Part shown: positions 23,002 through 37,160 of the stretch, piece after piece | Layout of the letters: each line of letters begins with the position of its first letter | Numbering within the stretch: position 1 is the stretch's first letter | DNA from: Girardia tigrina | Taxonomy: Eukaryota | Length of the DNA stretch: 55,413 nucleotides | Assembly: GCA_001938485.1 (NCBI GenBank) | Contig: MQRK01241687.1 | Span: 1-55,413, forward strand | Direction: 5' to 3' | The notes under the pieces: model-generated | Told to the model about the DNA's origin: nothing | Database searches by the model: none | The model's input: the letters and a program-made list of their open reading frames with translations, nothing else | Position numbers and translations under genes: made by a program

Positions 23002-26000
23002 AAAATTTTAAACATTTAACTTTAGGACTGAATATATTAAATTTTAATTTATAATTTTTATTGTATTTTATCTATATTTATTACTTATTTTAAACTCAAA
23101 AACAGATTTTTTATCATCCGGAGTTACAATCAATATATATGGTATTTATTTTATGAATAATATTTCTGAACAATATTTAGGACTTTATGCACTTTCTTTA
23201 CACTAACCATTATAAATAAAAATCGATATTTATTCTAATATTGTTATTTTATTAATTAGGAATTTTAATTTTATAATCGTATTTAAAATTATAAAGGTCT
23301 CTTCTTAAAATTTTTTCACAAAGATTTCCTTTTATTTTTATAAAATTTCCATATTATTTTACATTTTCATTTTAACACAATTACCTTTTTAATTAACATT
23401 GTAACGTACATTTTCACTTCAAAATAATTACATTTTCAATTTAAAATCATTTATTTAAATTTAACTGTTTTTAAATTAAATTTCGATTTAGATGAAATTA
23501 CATTTTCAAAAAATTAAAATTAAAATTTCATTTTCATTATTTCAAAACCATTATATTTTAATTTTAAAATTTATGAATTCATATGATATTTGATTTGTTT
23601 TATATTTAGATAAAAGTTAAAAAATAATTTTTTAGTTTATTGTCTTTTCAAATATTAAATTTTGCGTTTTATATAAAAATTAAAATTTACTTTATTAATA
23701 AATTTCTTTATGGATTTTGTGTTGAACCTTAAAAATCTACCTTAAAATTTGTTGTTATTTAAATTAATTTTTTACTCTATTTTATGAAAATCTTATTTTA
23801 ACATAATCTATAAATCTACTTTAGGAAATGTAATTATTTCATTTGTAAATTTATTAGATTTTAAATTCAAAAATTTTATGAATTCACCAAAGCTCCTAAC
23901 AAATATAATGAATAACACAAATTTAAAGAAAGAAATAATATTGATTATTATAAGAAAGTATTTAGAATATATTTCTAAATTTAAGTAGATCCAAATATTA
24001 TAATTGTAAACAAGAGGAATCAGACAGATTATTGCATGAGATTGGTCATACGAAACCTTTCTTGACTTGGCCTATTTCTTTACAGAAAAAAACTTAAAGT
24101 AATGTAAAACTAAAAATATTAATAAAATATTTACATAATATTTAGAATTCCAGTTATGTTTAGATAACAAAGATATTTAAAATATTGTTTACAAAATTTT
24201 ATTACTATGTTTATAATATTCAAATACGATTTATATAGAAATTCAACTTCATCATTTTAAATTTATTTCAAACTTAGACCTTAGAGTGGGGGACTTTAGG
24301 TTTGTTTATTAAAAATAAATGCTGTAAATTTAATTAAATAATCGTTTTTTAATTTAATAACAGTCTTTGTAATATTAATATGCCAACTTATAAACAAAAA
24401 AAATTTTGTGTGGGGACTATAGTGACCCCACTCCGTCCTTTATATTATGAAATAGACTCCGTACTCTAAGCGTTAATTATTACAGAGTTAAATATTCAGA
24501 AGAAAAATATATATTTTTGTAAAAGTTTCAGAGATAATGAAATGAATATTCCAGCTGTGTTAGTATTTTTTAAAATTTTGTTTTCCCATTAAAGATATAA
24601 GGAATTTTATTTATTTATTCATATATTATGAAATACACAAATCAGAAGAAATAAAACAAAGTAATATTGATAAATATTGATGAAAAGAAGAATATATTAT
24701 AATATGTTTGTAGATTATAAACAAAATAAATATTATAACATTATAATATAATTGCCAACAAAAGGGTTCAGAACCAGTTAGAACCAGATTGACCTTTTGA
24801 CTTGTCTTCTTTATAAACACAAAAACGTATATTAAGAACACCAATTTGACTTTTTTTATTTACACAAGAATTTTGATTGTCCTTAAGATAATCTTTGTCA
24901 AAGCTTTCGTACAATTGCATTCTAAACTAAATTGATTAATTGAATTAATTCTTTTTATTTTTTGGCAAATGGTGAAATAATATTAATAAAATATTTACTA
25001 AAAACTTATTGGATAGAAATTAAAATGATTATTAATTATTTAAAAAATATTAATTTGATTTATTTATAAAAAATTGTAAAAACTAATTAACTTACTTAAA
25101 ATTTTATTATTATTTGAAATTAAAATAAATTTAAACATTACATATTTTCAGATAACAAGAATTAAAATATTAATCATCCATCTGGTAGGAGAGACACATT
25201 TCCATATCAACATACATATTCAAACACAAAACATCAAACATTCAAAATATTCCTCACAACGTAATTTAATAATATAAATATAAGTAAAATTTTGGATAAT
25301 AAAATATATTTTACTATACATAACAAAAAAACAACAATCAAGAAAACAATTACACAATAAAAATAAAATACAAATACCGTCGAAACAATAATTGAGGAAG
25401 AGCGATAGAAACCTGTGATTGTCGATTTGGATGATCGAATGAAGACCCGAGCCAAATTGACGTTAGGGAAGATTGAATGTAAACTCGAGCCAAACTAAAG
25501 CAACGATAAATTAGATATTCTTAAATTCACATTATCCCATTGTAAATTTTAACGATTTTTTGGTAATCACTTTTTAAATTTACATTTTTTTAAAAAATAT
25601 AAAAATAAAAAAAATATAAAATATAAAAAAAATGAAAATATAATTTTCAATTTAATTGCCTTTCTTTTAAAAAATATTTATGCAAATTTTATGAAAAATA
25701 TTTTTTTTATCTTTGAGTGTTCTTTTTTGATTTATTAAATTTTTTTGGAAAATCTGACAAATTTTTAAATTATCTAAGAATAACAAATCATGTTAATCCT
25801 ATATGACTCGTCCGTATAGAAATTACATATTTTCGCGATGCAGATTAAACTGGAAGATATAATTCATGAACATCGTCTCTAAATCAGAAGTGGTTGTGGT
25901 TAAAGTGCTTGTTGAAAAGTGGATAAAAATAAAATATTGCAAAATTCAAATTAAACTGGAAACCTAATTACCACATTTTTATCAATCATACTAAAAAATG

Positions 26001-26049
26001 TATGTAATATAAATAGGAATATAAATATAATAAAATTAAAAATATAAAA

Positions 26050-27186
26050 AATATAATAAAAAATATAAATATAATAAAAATATATAATAATGAAATATTA
26101 ACCATTTTAAAATGAAAAAATATAAATAAAATATATGTACAGTATAACGTCAAAATTTATCTAAAATTAGGGATCGCCAAAACAGAGTTGTAAACATCTC
26201 CATTTTCATTTTCTTCAATTTCATATTCCAAAAATGTATCATTTTCACTATAAGTAATCATTAAGAAAATCATCTTCCTCCATTGGATCCTGAATATCTG
26301 CTTAAAAATTTTTAAATTTATGGCAAAAAGCAGAATTAATTAAAGCAGGCTTAATGTAAACAATCGGTTTTTAAAAAATCTAAATTTATATTTAATTTTA
26401 TTTTAGGCGTATAAAAACTTTATTCTTTTTAGGTCATTTGTTTCTTTAATTTTCTCATTTATTTTTAAAGTAATTTTCAGAGTGTATTATTCGATATTTT
26501 TATTAAATATTCAGTTGCATTCAAAATTCTTATTTATTCGTGTATTGCTCTCAATAAACAAGAAATAAATAATATATTGTGACTTCTTTCATTCCGCTTA
26601 ATTATTTATAAAATATGAAATTATGAAATATTATCATTTATTTATGTAAAATTGATGATACTTCTTTCGCTTAATACAATATACGAAACTAAATATATAA
26701 TCACGGATAAAAATATGAATGAAACAACTGAATTGTATTAAATATATACTTGAAAGTTTTATGTCTGCGATGGGTCTAGCAGACGACTGAAAGCTTCTCT
26801 AAAAGGCCAACCCTTAGAGAGCTATAGGTTCACTACCATCTTAAAAAGAGTGGGAGACCCACATATTTAAATATATTTAATTTTAAATAATAAATATAAA
26901 ATAACTTAATATATTAAACATAATGTATTAAATGATTTAAACAAAATTTTCAATTTAGTTTTACATTTTTAATTATTTTTCCTTTTACAAAAAAATAATA
27001 CAATGCATTTAAAGAAAAATACATTTTCAACTTAGTTTTATTAATATTTTTAATTGCATCTAGAAAATGATATACAGTAGACTCCGTATAATGCGAGTTT
27101 ATACCACACGATTTCATACAATATCTCATAGTACTAATATCTCATTTTATGCGATGCATTTTTACATGTAAACATCATTCACGTTA
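26050..27186. repeat. Segmental duplication, copy 1 (paired with ~28840-30199)
   Basis: Long stretches are near-identical to 28840-30199, with an ~250-bp indel near 26340/29120. Confidence 0.9.
26761..26864 (+). mobile_element. ~100-bp structured insert, probable 3' end of an RTE-like LINE (second copy at 29776-29879)
   Basis: Aligns with the LINE 3' end at 2322-2425 (minus strand), ends in CCCACAT and keeps the same helices. Confidence 0.6.
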
Positions 27187-28820
27187 CAATCCTAACAGTG
27201 TTGAAGGTTTATTACTAACCATATCTTCATGTCTTTAGAATTCCAGTTATGTTTAGATAACAAAGATATTTAAAATATTGTTTACAAAATTTTATTACTA
27301 TGTTTTTAATATTCAAATACGATTTATATAGAAATTCAACTTCATCATTTTAAACTTATTTCGGACTTAGACCTTAGATTTAAATTAGACCTTAGTTTTT
27401 AATTATATTTTAGGTAGGGGAGATTATTTTTAAATGTATAGTATTATCTACTGCTTTTAAAATAGAATTTAATCTTTTAAAACCTTTTAAATAAGGTACG
27501 GTTAAAATATATAAGTTCTAAACTATTTTTATTAGAGTTACAAGATTGATCTTGAACATCTGTAAGTTTATTATTATTACTTTTATCAATTAATTTATCA
27601 ATAGTTTCTTTCGTTAGCATATCAACTACTGATTTGTAAAATCCATTATCATGTAATAATTTTGTTAACTTATTAAGACTTTCATCACATCGCCTATATC
27701 TATATGAAAGAGTCCATGAACGAAAAATAAGGCATTTAATCATATTTCTACGATATTGAGATTCACGAAAACTATTTGGAGTTGTGTATAACGCCGTATT
27801 AGTTTTCTTTATCAGTCTCATAAGAACCAATCTTTCGCTAAATTAACAAATCCAGAAACGATAATTTATTGTCATTTTATGTCTCCATAATGAACTTTAC
27901 ATTTTGGTGCAATGCCACATACATTGGAGAGACTTTGCGACAACTCTGTAAGAGAATCCAGGAACACAGTCCTAAGGAAAGTCGCCTAGGAAAGTGACGT
28001 ATTGATTGCACAATCGTTACCGGCAGTATATAAGTACAGTCATAGTTTATGTAAAATGACGGTTAATCCGTCGAAATTGTTAAATATTTTAAACTGGATT
28101 TCTACTTTAATAAGAATAATTATTGATACAAGTTATTATTATTCCTTTTTTATATTAATTATATTATTATTATTAAATGCATTAAATTATATTAACATTA
28201 CTTTTTATTACGAAAAAAACGATAGCAAATTAATTTTATAAAAGTTTAAACACAAATTAGTAATAGCCATTGTTAATTAATTATTTTTATTAATATAGTA
28301 TTATTATAAAGATTATTAAAATTTCATTATAATCATGCTTAATATTATTATTTATTACTTCTATATTCATTATCTTATTAAAAACATTTTTGATTAGTTT
28401 TTTAATTTATTAATAGAATTGTTTATGTTTTCTATTGTAATTTTAATTATTTTATTATTTTTAATTTTACTGACTTATCTTATTTAATGAGTGTTGTTTA
28501 ATGTATGTCGTTGGAAATCTTCGTTAAGATTAATAAGTGTTTACTTATTTCGCACTAAATCTTTTAACAAAGTTAAGTGAATCTTCGTGATAAAATTATA
28601 GTTTTTAAAATTACTGAACAATATTTTAAAATTAGTTGTTTTCACCTCCAATCTGCAAACCTTCGTATGTGCAGCAATATTACTCCCATTACCCAATCGT
28701 CCATGCTCCTGAATCCGTTTACAGAGATGACGAGACGTCTCTTTATGTTTATGTTGCAATCTGGTTTATCAATTTTCGTGTAATGGGTGCAGCGCTACAT
28801 ACATTGGAGAGACGTCTCCA
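27187..28820. mobile_element. Penelope-like remnants, largely a duplicate of 16836-17720 plus a further GIY-YIG fragment
   Basis: ORF 27477..27830 (KKTNTALYTT...MIKCLIFRSW) and ORF 28541..28759 (ETSRHLCKRIQEHGR). Decayed hammerhead near 28050-28080. Confidence 0.8.
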
Positions 28821-28839
28821 ATAAATATAATAAAAGAAT

Positions 28840-30199
28840 AAAAATTAAATATAATAAAAATATATGATAATGAAATATTAACAATTTAAAATGAAAAAAA
28901 TATAAATAAAATATATTTACAGTATAACCTCAAAATTTATCCAAAATTAGGGATCACCAAAACAGAGTTGTAAACATCTCCATTTTCATTTTCTTCAATT
29001 TCATATTCCAAAAATGTATCATTTTCACTATAAGTAATCATTAAAAAAATATCTTCCTCCATTGGATTATGAATATCTGCTTGATAATCTTTAAATTTAT
29101 GGCAAAAAACAGAATTTGCCAAAACTCATTGATTTTCAAAAGATTGTTTTTAAGTGGTTAAAATGGGAAGTGGGCTTATTTTAGAATTGGCCAAATTTAA
29201 AGATTATACTGTATTTTTACTTCTGTTGTATTTTTAAGTTAATCCTTTAAATAATAATAATTACCTCCATTTTAATTTAGAACAATTGCAATTCAATAAA
29301 ATTCCAACTTTCATTTTTATTTATATTTTAAAATTTCGCTGAAATATTTGGATTAAGTTTAATGTAAACAGAAATCGGTTTTTAAAAAATCTTCTAAATT
29401 TATATTTAATTTTATTTTTAGGCGTATAAAAACTTTATTCCTTTTAGGTCATTTGTTGCTTTAATTTTCTCATTCATTTTTTAAGTAATTTTCAGAGTGT
29501 ATTATTCGATATTTTTATTAAATATTCAGTTGCATTCAAAATTCTTATTTATTCGTGTATTGCTCTCAATAAACAAGAAATAAATAATATATTGTGACTT
29601 CTTTCATTCCGCTTAATTATTTATAAAATATGAAATTATGAAATATTATCATTTATTTATGTAAAATTGATGATACTTCTTTCGCTTAATACAATATACG
29701 AAACTAAATATATAATCACGGATAAAAATATGAATGAAACAACTGAATTGTATTAAATATATACTTGAAAGTTTTATGTCTGCGATGGGTCTAGCAGACG
29801 ACTGAAAGCTTCTCTAAAAGGCCAACCCTTAGAGAGCTATAGGTTCACTACCATCTTAAAAAGAGTGGGAGACCCACATATTTAAATATATTTAATTTTA
29901 AATAATAAATATAAAATAACTTAATATATTAAACATAATGTATTAAATGATTTAACGAAAATTTTCAATTTAGTTTTACATTTTTAATTATTTTTCCTTT
30001 TACAAAAAATAATACAATGCATTTACAGAAAAATATATTTTCAACTTAGTTTTATTAATATATTTAATTGCGCCTGGAAAATGATATACAGTAGACTCCG
30101 TATAATGCGAGTTTATACCACACGATTTCATACAATATCTCATAATACTAATATCTCATTTTATGCGATGCATTTTTACATGTAAACATCATTCACGTT
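28840..30199. repeat. Segmental duplication, copy 2
   Basis: Near-identical to 26050-27186, including the structured 100-bp insert and the left part of the MITE. Confidence 0.9.
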
Positions 30200-30289
30200 A
30201 TACAAGTCTTTCTTCGTTCAACGCGATTTCCTATAACGCTATTTCATACAACATATATCATATTAATCGCGTTATACGGGAGTCTACTG
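30089..30289. mobile_element. Tigger/pogo-type MITE (truncated copy at 27075-27186)
   Basis: TIRs CAGTAGACTCC(C)GTATAA with TA on both sides. Confidence 0.85.
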
Positions 30290-30521
30290 TATAATTAAAA
30301 ATTATTTGTGGTAAATAGTAAATAATAAATTTTAATTAAAAAACAGAATTTTATTTTTCTATTAAGTTGTCAAATATGAAATTTGTAGAAAATTCATAGA
30401 TATTCGCCCACTAAATTTTTATTCCATGGCTTCAGCAAGCTACAGCTTATCTAGCAAATGTGTTGATAATTGATAATGTTGAACTTTGATGAATGGCGTA
30501 ACGATCTGTTTTAGTAAATTA

Positions 30522-30720
30522 TCAATAATCTTTGATTTTAGTTCTACAAATTTCAAGTTCGTTGCTTGTTTTATTTTTTGTTTTAGCGTCGTCATGTTGG
30601 GTCATGTATGGACATACCATAAAATCTTTCATCGATAATGCAGCAGCATTTTGATGTAAGTTACCCTTTCTATATTCAAAAATCGTGTCTAACCTACTCA
30701 GTAAACTACTCATTCTCTTT
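30522..30720 (-). pseudogene. Ty3/gypsy pol remnant (RNase H C-terminus)
   Basis: LSRLDTIFEYRKGNLHQNAAALS resembles the IEYRKGxxHxNADALSR motif. Confidence 0.6.
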
Positions 30721-33700
30721 ACTTTAGATTTGGCCTAAATTATTGTTATCTTTTTAGTAACCATTGTAATTTTAATAATTCTTATTATTTTAAAAACTAT
30801 TATAAATACTTCTATAAAATATATAATTATCTATACCTTTATCAAAAATATTTAAATATTGTTTTTAATTATACAAATATTTCTGTAAAACAAAACAAAC
30901 TTTTTCTGTGATCTAAAAAATTCTTTGAAATTTGTTTGGCTAAATTGTTGCTTAAAAATTCTTAAATTTGGTTATGTTTTGGAGAGTTAAAGATCGTTGA
31001 AAACATCCAGAAGGAGTTGTAAATTGTGATTTATTATTTGAAAATTTGTCAAATAGAACGAAATGTTTGAAAGATTTTAAATAGGTTTAAATTTTGGTAT
31101 TGGATTTTAATCGAATTAATTTGAACGTAGAAAATCGTTCTGAAAAATAAACGATTATTTGACAACTTATTAAAAGAAGTTTGAAAGAATTATGATTATT
31201 ATTATTTATTATTATTATTATTTCTTTTTCCATTGACTTTATTGAATAATTAAGTACGGTGATGAGTGATATTTATTAATAACACAATTGACACCAGATT
31301 GTCATGAATATAATTTATTGTCAATTCATTCGCCAACAATAAGTGTATTTCTGGTTATGTCTAAAGGAGTCTTGCCGAAATCGTCACAGTGAATTTATTG
31401 TACAAATGCTGATTTCCCTGTTTAGTCTGTTACTAAACATTTGTCCGGTGAACTCGCAATGTAAGTGGTTTAGGTGCCGGTAGTTTGGTGGAAATTCGTC
31501 GGTGAAAGTACCATGTGAGACAAATTACCAGTTCCGGTTAAACTAGAAAACCCGACCAAAATGAATAGTGATCTGGTTGAATGCGTCTCAGACAAACAAT
31601 CAGCTTGTAGATTTTCCCAATGCGGCAAAAATCAGTGAACTTTGAATTGTCCAGAATATTTATGCATAGAATTGGAACAAAAGAATTATATTATTTCTAC
31701 ATATGATGTCACATCATGCTCTGTTGTTGGCAATTATCCATTATTTCTTTGAAATCTGTTTTAAAGTGGTACAATGAAGGACTATAGTTGAAGTTGCCTT
31801 TTATATAATCGTACTATCGAATCTTTAGAGTTGAAAAAAGGGGAATAGAAATATTACATGGATTTTCGCAATAGCGTGCATCCATAAATTAAATCAAAAC
31901 TTGAAATCGCTGCATCTTCATCAGCATTATTAAAACTGCCAATATCAAAATGGCAAGCATTGCGACACAGTTCTGGAATCTGAATAATTGTAATTTGAAC
32001 GGCTGTTGTCCGTTTTGATGGCGGTATTCGACTGTAAATGTCCTTTCCATTGTCGTGCGGGCCACGAAAAAATGTCTTGTAACATAATTCAAAATGAATT
32101 TGATGTAATCCGCATGTTACGACTGATTTTCCAAGAAAAGTAGGATTAAAACCAGCCATCTCAATATTTCATTTTAATTTATCGATTGAATCGATAATAA
32201 TGATAATTTATTTATCATATAGTAGTAGCTAAGCTACTACAAATATAAATCGCGGATTGAAAACGTTCTTCTAAAAAAATTAATGAGAATTGGTATAAAA
32301 AGAAAACAAATCAGTCTGAAATTATGATTAATATTGTAAAAAAATGTTTCTAAGTTTTTTATAAAGAAAATATATTGCTGAGATGTTTCATTAAATGATG
32401 TAGAATGAAGTATTAACTTGTGAATCTGAGTGTAGCCTCAATCGAATGTCTCTTGCATAAGTAATTCGAGAGTGAACCAAACTCGGGTTGGAGTTCTTTG
32501 ATGTAGATTATTTGGTTCTCCAACATACAATTTCCATTTTGATAAGTTTGTCAAAGTTAGTGGTTAATGGAGACGTGACAGAATTGACAGAACGAGAATC
32601 CAGGCACTCTCCATCTTACAGTCTAATAGTTGGATTAATCTGACCAACAGATGGCGAAGCCATTAAAAGTAAAATGATGCGACATGAGAATAATGACGAT
32701 GAGATACTTCCTATCAAAATTTACTTGGACCAATATACCCCCTACCAACTCCACAATGCTGCAGCTGCGCAACTGTGCCGACTATGTATGTCATTTTCAC
32801 ACTAAGGTGTCCAATGTCATGGAAACATTTGATCCATATATCTCAAAACATCATTGATATTACAGGTCCTAAACAATCAAAAAAGGATTTATCATATCAT
32901 AAACCATAAAGATTGATTGACTGCATTGTTGTGGTTGTCACTTTAAGTTTCAATATCTAGAAAATAAAAAACAATTTCGTTTATTGCATTTTGGTCATGA
33001 TAAGTAGTACACAAAAATGTTTGAGTTCTACGGTATATATTCAGTTGTTTCTTGAAATTAGGAAAGGTAACATGCCCTGGGAAGTAGTCGATGACAGAAA
33101 TCTTTTAGGTGTAATATATTGACTAAAAGTTTATGACTAGTCATGATTTTGAAATCTCTGTGTTACAGAAAGTGTTTAAAATATATCACCACTTTGTAGA
33201 TAGCTAATGGTTCTTTAGTTTTTTGGGAAAGAACCCAATTTTTACACGATTATTATTGATGACATACTTATAGTTGCATCGATTGAATGAGTAAATTCGT
33301 CAAAAGTGATTCATTTATCGTAATCAATCTTATCGCGAACAGTGTGATATAAACTGATGATAAAAAATTAACATACCACTAAACTTTCTGGTATCTCTAA
33401 CCATTTTTGGTGAAACTAATGAAAGAATTATATCTAAATTTCCTTTGACTGAAGAGCGAAAGTTGTGACTAATGCTGTAATGTAAAAAAATGATTTTTGA
33501 TCTTCTTGATCTTCACTAGATTTGTAAAAACGATTTTGAAATCATTTTTTTCTTTTTCTTCAGTTGGACTAATATTGGACTGATGTCGCATTGCAAGGAG
33601 GTTGGATTTTGTGTTGCAAAGGTTTAAATCGATCATTTTTTGTATTATTGTGGTCGTAAAATTTGAATTTACTTTGAATCAATCATTTTTTTCATGAATA

Positions 33701-34445
33701 AAGCGGTTATCTGAAGCTGATTGAATTATTTTTGTAAACAAAAAATTACTCATTTTTTGAAACGATTTGATTATAAATTGATTCTAATTTTGTGGGAAAT
33801 CATAATTTTTTTTTATTTTTGTTTCGTGAGAATTGAAAGAATTATTCATCGGAAATTGAAAAAACAGGAGTTGAATTTGAAATAGCGAATTTTTACATCA
33901 TGCGCACTCACTCATCGATCGAATCGATAAATAAAATAACCGGTAACGATCCGAACAAAGTTCATATTCTCAATCCGACAAAAAGATAAAATTTTCTATA
34001 GAACTCATTTCGAACGAGCAGCATTTCACGTTAAGAAACAACACAATCGGTAGTAAACTTCAATGTATTCTTTTTAGAACACGAGATTTTATATGTGAAT
34101 CAAATCCTCGAGATATTGATGATTCCAGAGTCCGTAAACTTAATGCAGATTTAAAAATGAGTGAATATTATGAAAGATATTCCACGTATGAATTAAATGT
34201 TGAAAAGGTTTTCAAAGAAGGAGCTATATCTCATGATAAGGTACTCATTTTTTTATCTGTCTGGAGTGATGAAAAATTGGTATTTTTGATGTTTCAGATG
34301 AGTGATTGAACATAATATAAGTTTTAATTGCGAAATAAGACATTTAAAATTTAAACTATTAAATGGAAATTATATATTTTGTAAAAAAAAGTTGAAGCTA
34401 AATTTTTAAACATAATAAATAAAAGTTTGTAAAATAAAATTATTA

Positions 34446-35750
34446 TTGGGTTGAGGAATAAGTTCCCGCCGTTTTTTGAAAAATTAAAATTTTATTTTTA
34501 AACAGAAAAGTTACTACAAATTAATAACAAATATATTCTCCGCCATTGTTCAAGACTTCTTCCCAACGTTCAACGAGTTTTTCAATGTCTCTTTGGTAGA
34601 AATCGCCCGGCCTTGACTCGAAAAATTCAGCCAACCAAACTTGCAGTTCTCCATCATTGTTGAACGAAACACCACGCAAAGCGTTAGAAAGCGAACGGAA
34701 AAGATGAAAATCAGATGGAGCCAAGTCAGGTGAATACGGAGGGTGCGGTAACACTTCCCAACCAAGCGTTTGAATGGCTTCCTTTGTCATTCTGGCAATA
34801 TGAGGACGTGCATTGTCGTGTTGAAAAATAACGCCATGTTGTCGATCCGGATGTTTTTGTCTTATAGTGGTGTTGTGTCTATGTAGCTGTTGAACATAAA
34901 GTTCTGCGTTAACTGTTTGCTTTCGAGGAAGCAATTCATAATGAATAATTCCTTCCCAACCCCACCAAACGCATAGCATTGTCTTTCGTGGATGAAGATC
35001 CTGTTTTGCTCGCGGTGTCGATTGTTCTTCTCGGCTACGCCATTCTTTGCGCTGTTTCATGTTGACGTACAGACACCATTTTTCATCACCCGTTACAATT
35101 CGATAAAGAAATTGTTGCTTATGACCGTGAGTAGAGCGATGACGGGCAAGCAAAGTCGCCGAAATTGTGGATCGCTGGTTTTTGTTGTTTTCGGTCAAAA
35201 GATGTGGGACCCAAGCTCCCATTTTTTGAACTTTTCCCATTGATTTCAGGTGGTTCACGACAGTTTTTTGATCACAGTCCATTTGTTTCGCCAATTCTCG
35301 AGTGGTTTGACGCGCGTCTTCATGCAAAAGTTTGTTCAAACGCTCTTCATCGAATTCATTTAGTCGTCCTGAACGAGGTGCATCCTTGAGGTCAAAATTG
35401 CCAATTTTAAATTTTGTGAACCAATCACGAGCGGTTCTATCAGCTATAGCACCTTTTCCGTATACAGCACAAAGCTCTCGGGGAGCGTCTGCGGCTTTGG
35501 CGCCTCGATTATACGCAAACAATAGATGGTGTCGGAAATGCTCATTTCTGTCGACTTGACATTCCATTTCAATGGTCTAAAAATCGACAAAAATTAATCT
35601 GAATAAAAAAATAAAAAACACCATTTTAAAGCAAAACAATAGCTTTCAAATAACATATAACATTACATCAAAAAATTTGATTTAAATATTAAATTGATTA
35701 AAAATTGATTAAAAATTCAAAAAACGGCGGGAACTTATTCCTCAACATAA
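34446..35750 (-). mobile_element. Full-length mariner transposon
   Basis: ~35-bp TIRs TTGGGTTGAGGAATAAGTTCCCGCCGTTTTTTGAA (two mismatches in the right copy), TA duplications, 1305 bp. Confidence 0.95.
34521..35567 (-). CDS. Intact DD34D mariner transposase, 348 aa
   Basis: WVPHLL, IVTGDEKW, HDNARPH and YSPDLAPSDFHLF motifs; 34 residues between the second and third Asp. Confidence 0.95.
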   Translation of the reverse strand: MECQVDRNEHFRHHLLFAYNRGAKAADAPRELCAVYGKGAIADRTARDWFTKFKIGNFDLKDAPRSGRLNEFDEERLNKLLHEDARQTTRELAKQMDCDQKTVVNHLKSMGKVQKMGAWVPHLLTENNKNQRSTISATLLARHRSTHGHKQQFLYRIVTGDEKWCLYVNMKQRKEWRSREEQSTPRAKQDLHPRKTMLCVWWGWEGIIHYELLPRKQTVNAELYVQQLHRHNTTIRQKHPDRQHGVIFQHDNARPHIARMTKEAIQTLGWEVLPHPPYSPDLAPSDFHLFRSLSNALRGVSFNNDGELQVWLAEFFESRPGDFYQRDIEKLVERWEEVLNNGGEYICY

Positions 35751-37160
35751 TAAAATAATTTTATTAGGTAAAATCTAAAACGAAATGCGTAAAACTATCA
35801 TCTTATTAATCATATTCTTAAAAAGATTAAAGTTGAAAGGGATTCCTGACATCTCTGCCAATGTTCGAATTTTTAAAACCTGATAGTCGACCTGGATAAC
35901 TTATTGTAGACATTTGTTTCAATCTACTTTTAATAGAACACCATAAATAAAATATGAAAAAATAATCAATCGAATAAAAAAAATAAATATAAATTGTATT
36001 GTGAAAACATAATAATTTATAAAATATTATTTTTATCATAAAAAATTTTAAATTGAAGAAATCTGTAACACCATAAATCAACAACATTAAATATCAAATA
36101 GATAGAATTTGTTTAGTAACAAATATAATATTAGGTAATTATCAAATAAAATATTATTTAATCATTTTATGTGAAACTAAAAACTTCGTCGATAAATCAC
36201 CAAAAAATATAATCTTCTCTATTCCTAACATTTGCTTCCTGAATGTCATTCTAGATAAAAGTAAATCTTCTCTACCTTCAAATAAAGTAAAATTCTTTCA
36301 CTTTCCTTTCACATCTGAAAGAATATTGTTTCAAAAAGTTAATCAATTTGCAAATTAATAAAAAATATATTTTGGAATATTACAAATCTAAAACAAGTAC
36401 AACTGGAAATAAAGCAAAAGATAGAACACAATTTTTATTAGAAGAGAAGTACAAAATCAATGTCAAAGAAATGATATAAATATAAACGACTCTTACAGTC
36501 AGTCCTTTGTTCTTCATCAATTGAATGAAGAGGACCCCCTCTGAAAGGATTAATTTATAATAGAGACGTAGAATCTATAAATTTTTGGTTCCTGATGTTT
36601 CAGGTGAGCCATGGACATTCAAGAAGGATTTGCCGAGGAAATTATCGAAGAATGAACACAAAAGGTTATCTCTATTTCGAGACACTGTACTGGAGAAGAT
36701 TGTATCGTGGAGTACAAAAATAAGAGACATATTATGACATGAAGTTTAAATTCAATTGGTATCTATAAGAATATCAATTAAAATATATATAATAATTTCC
36801 TTTTTTTATTTTTTGTTTTATTTAATTTTCAGCTATTTTCTCACTAACTGATGCAACGACTTCATGAATAATTCTTCATTTGGTACGAGGAATCAGGAAT
36901 GAAAAATAAATATGTTTTCTTCGATGTTCTTTTCTTCTTGTCTGTATGTAGTGAAAATACCAAAAGAATATTTTCAATTAAAACTAAAAAATACCTTACA
37001 AGAACAAATATGTAAGAAGAATAAAAATCAAAATAAAAAGAATAAGAATTACAGTTAAAGATTATATATACAAATATCATTCACAAACTTTTTTCAGTTC
37101 TTAGACCCCTCTACAAGACATAAGATATAATCGGACCCCGATTATTCAAATTGATTATTA

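Noticed and set aside
25180-25195. TGGTAGGAGAG as a tRNA-iMet primer-binding site
   Set aside because: It has one mismatch in a short match, and no LTR pair or gag ORF could be confirmed.
14600-26000. Short Ile/Phe/Lys-rich ORFs in the ORF track
   Set aside because: These are expected by chance in sequence this AT-rich and show no motifs. The YIYIYI ORFs elsewhere come from TA repeats and N gaps.
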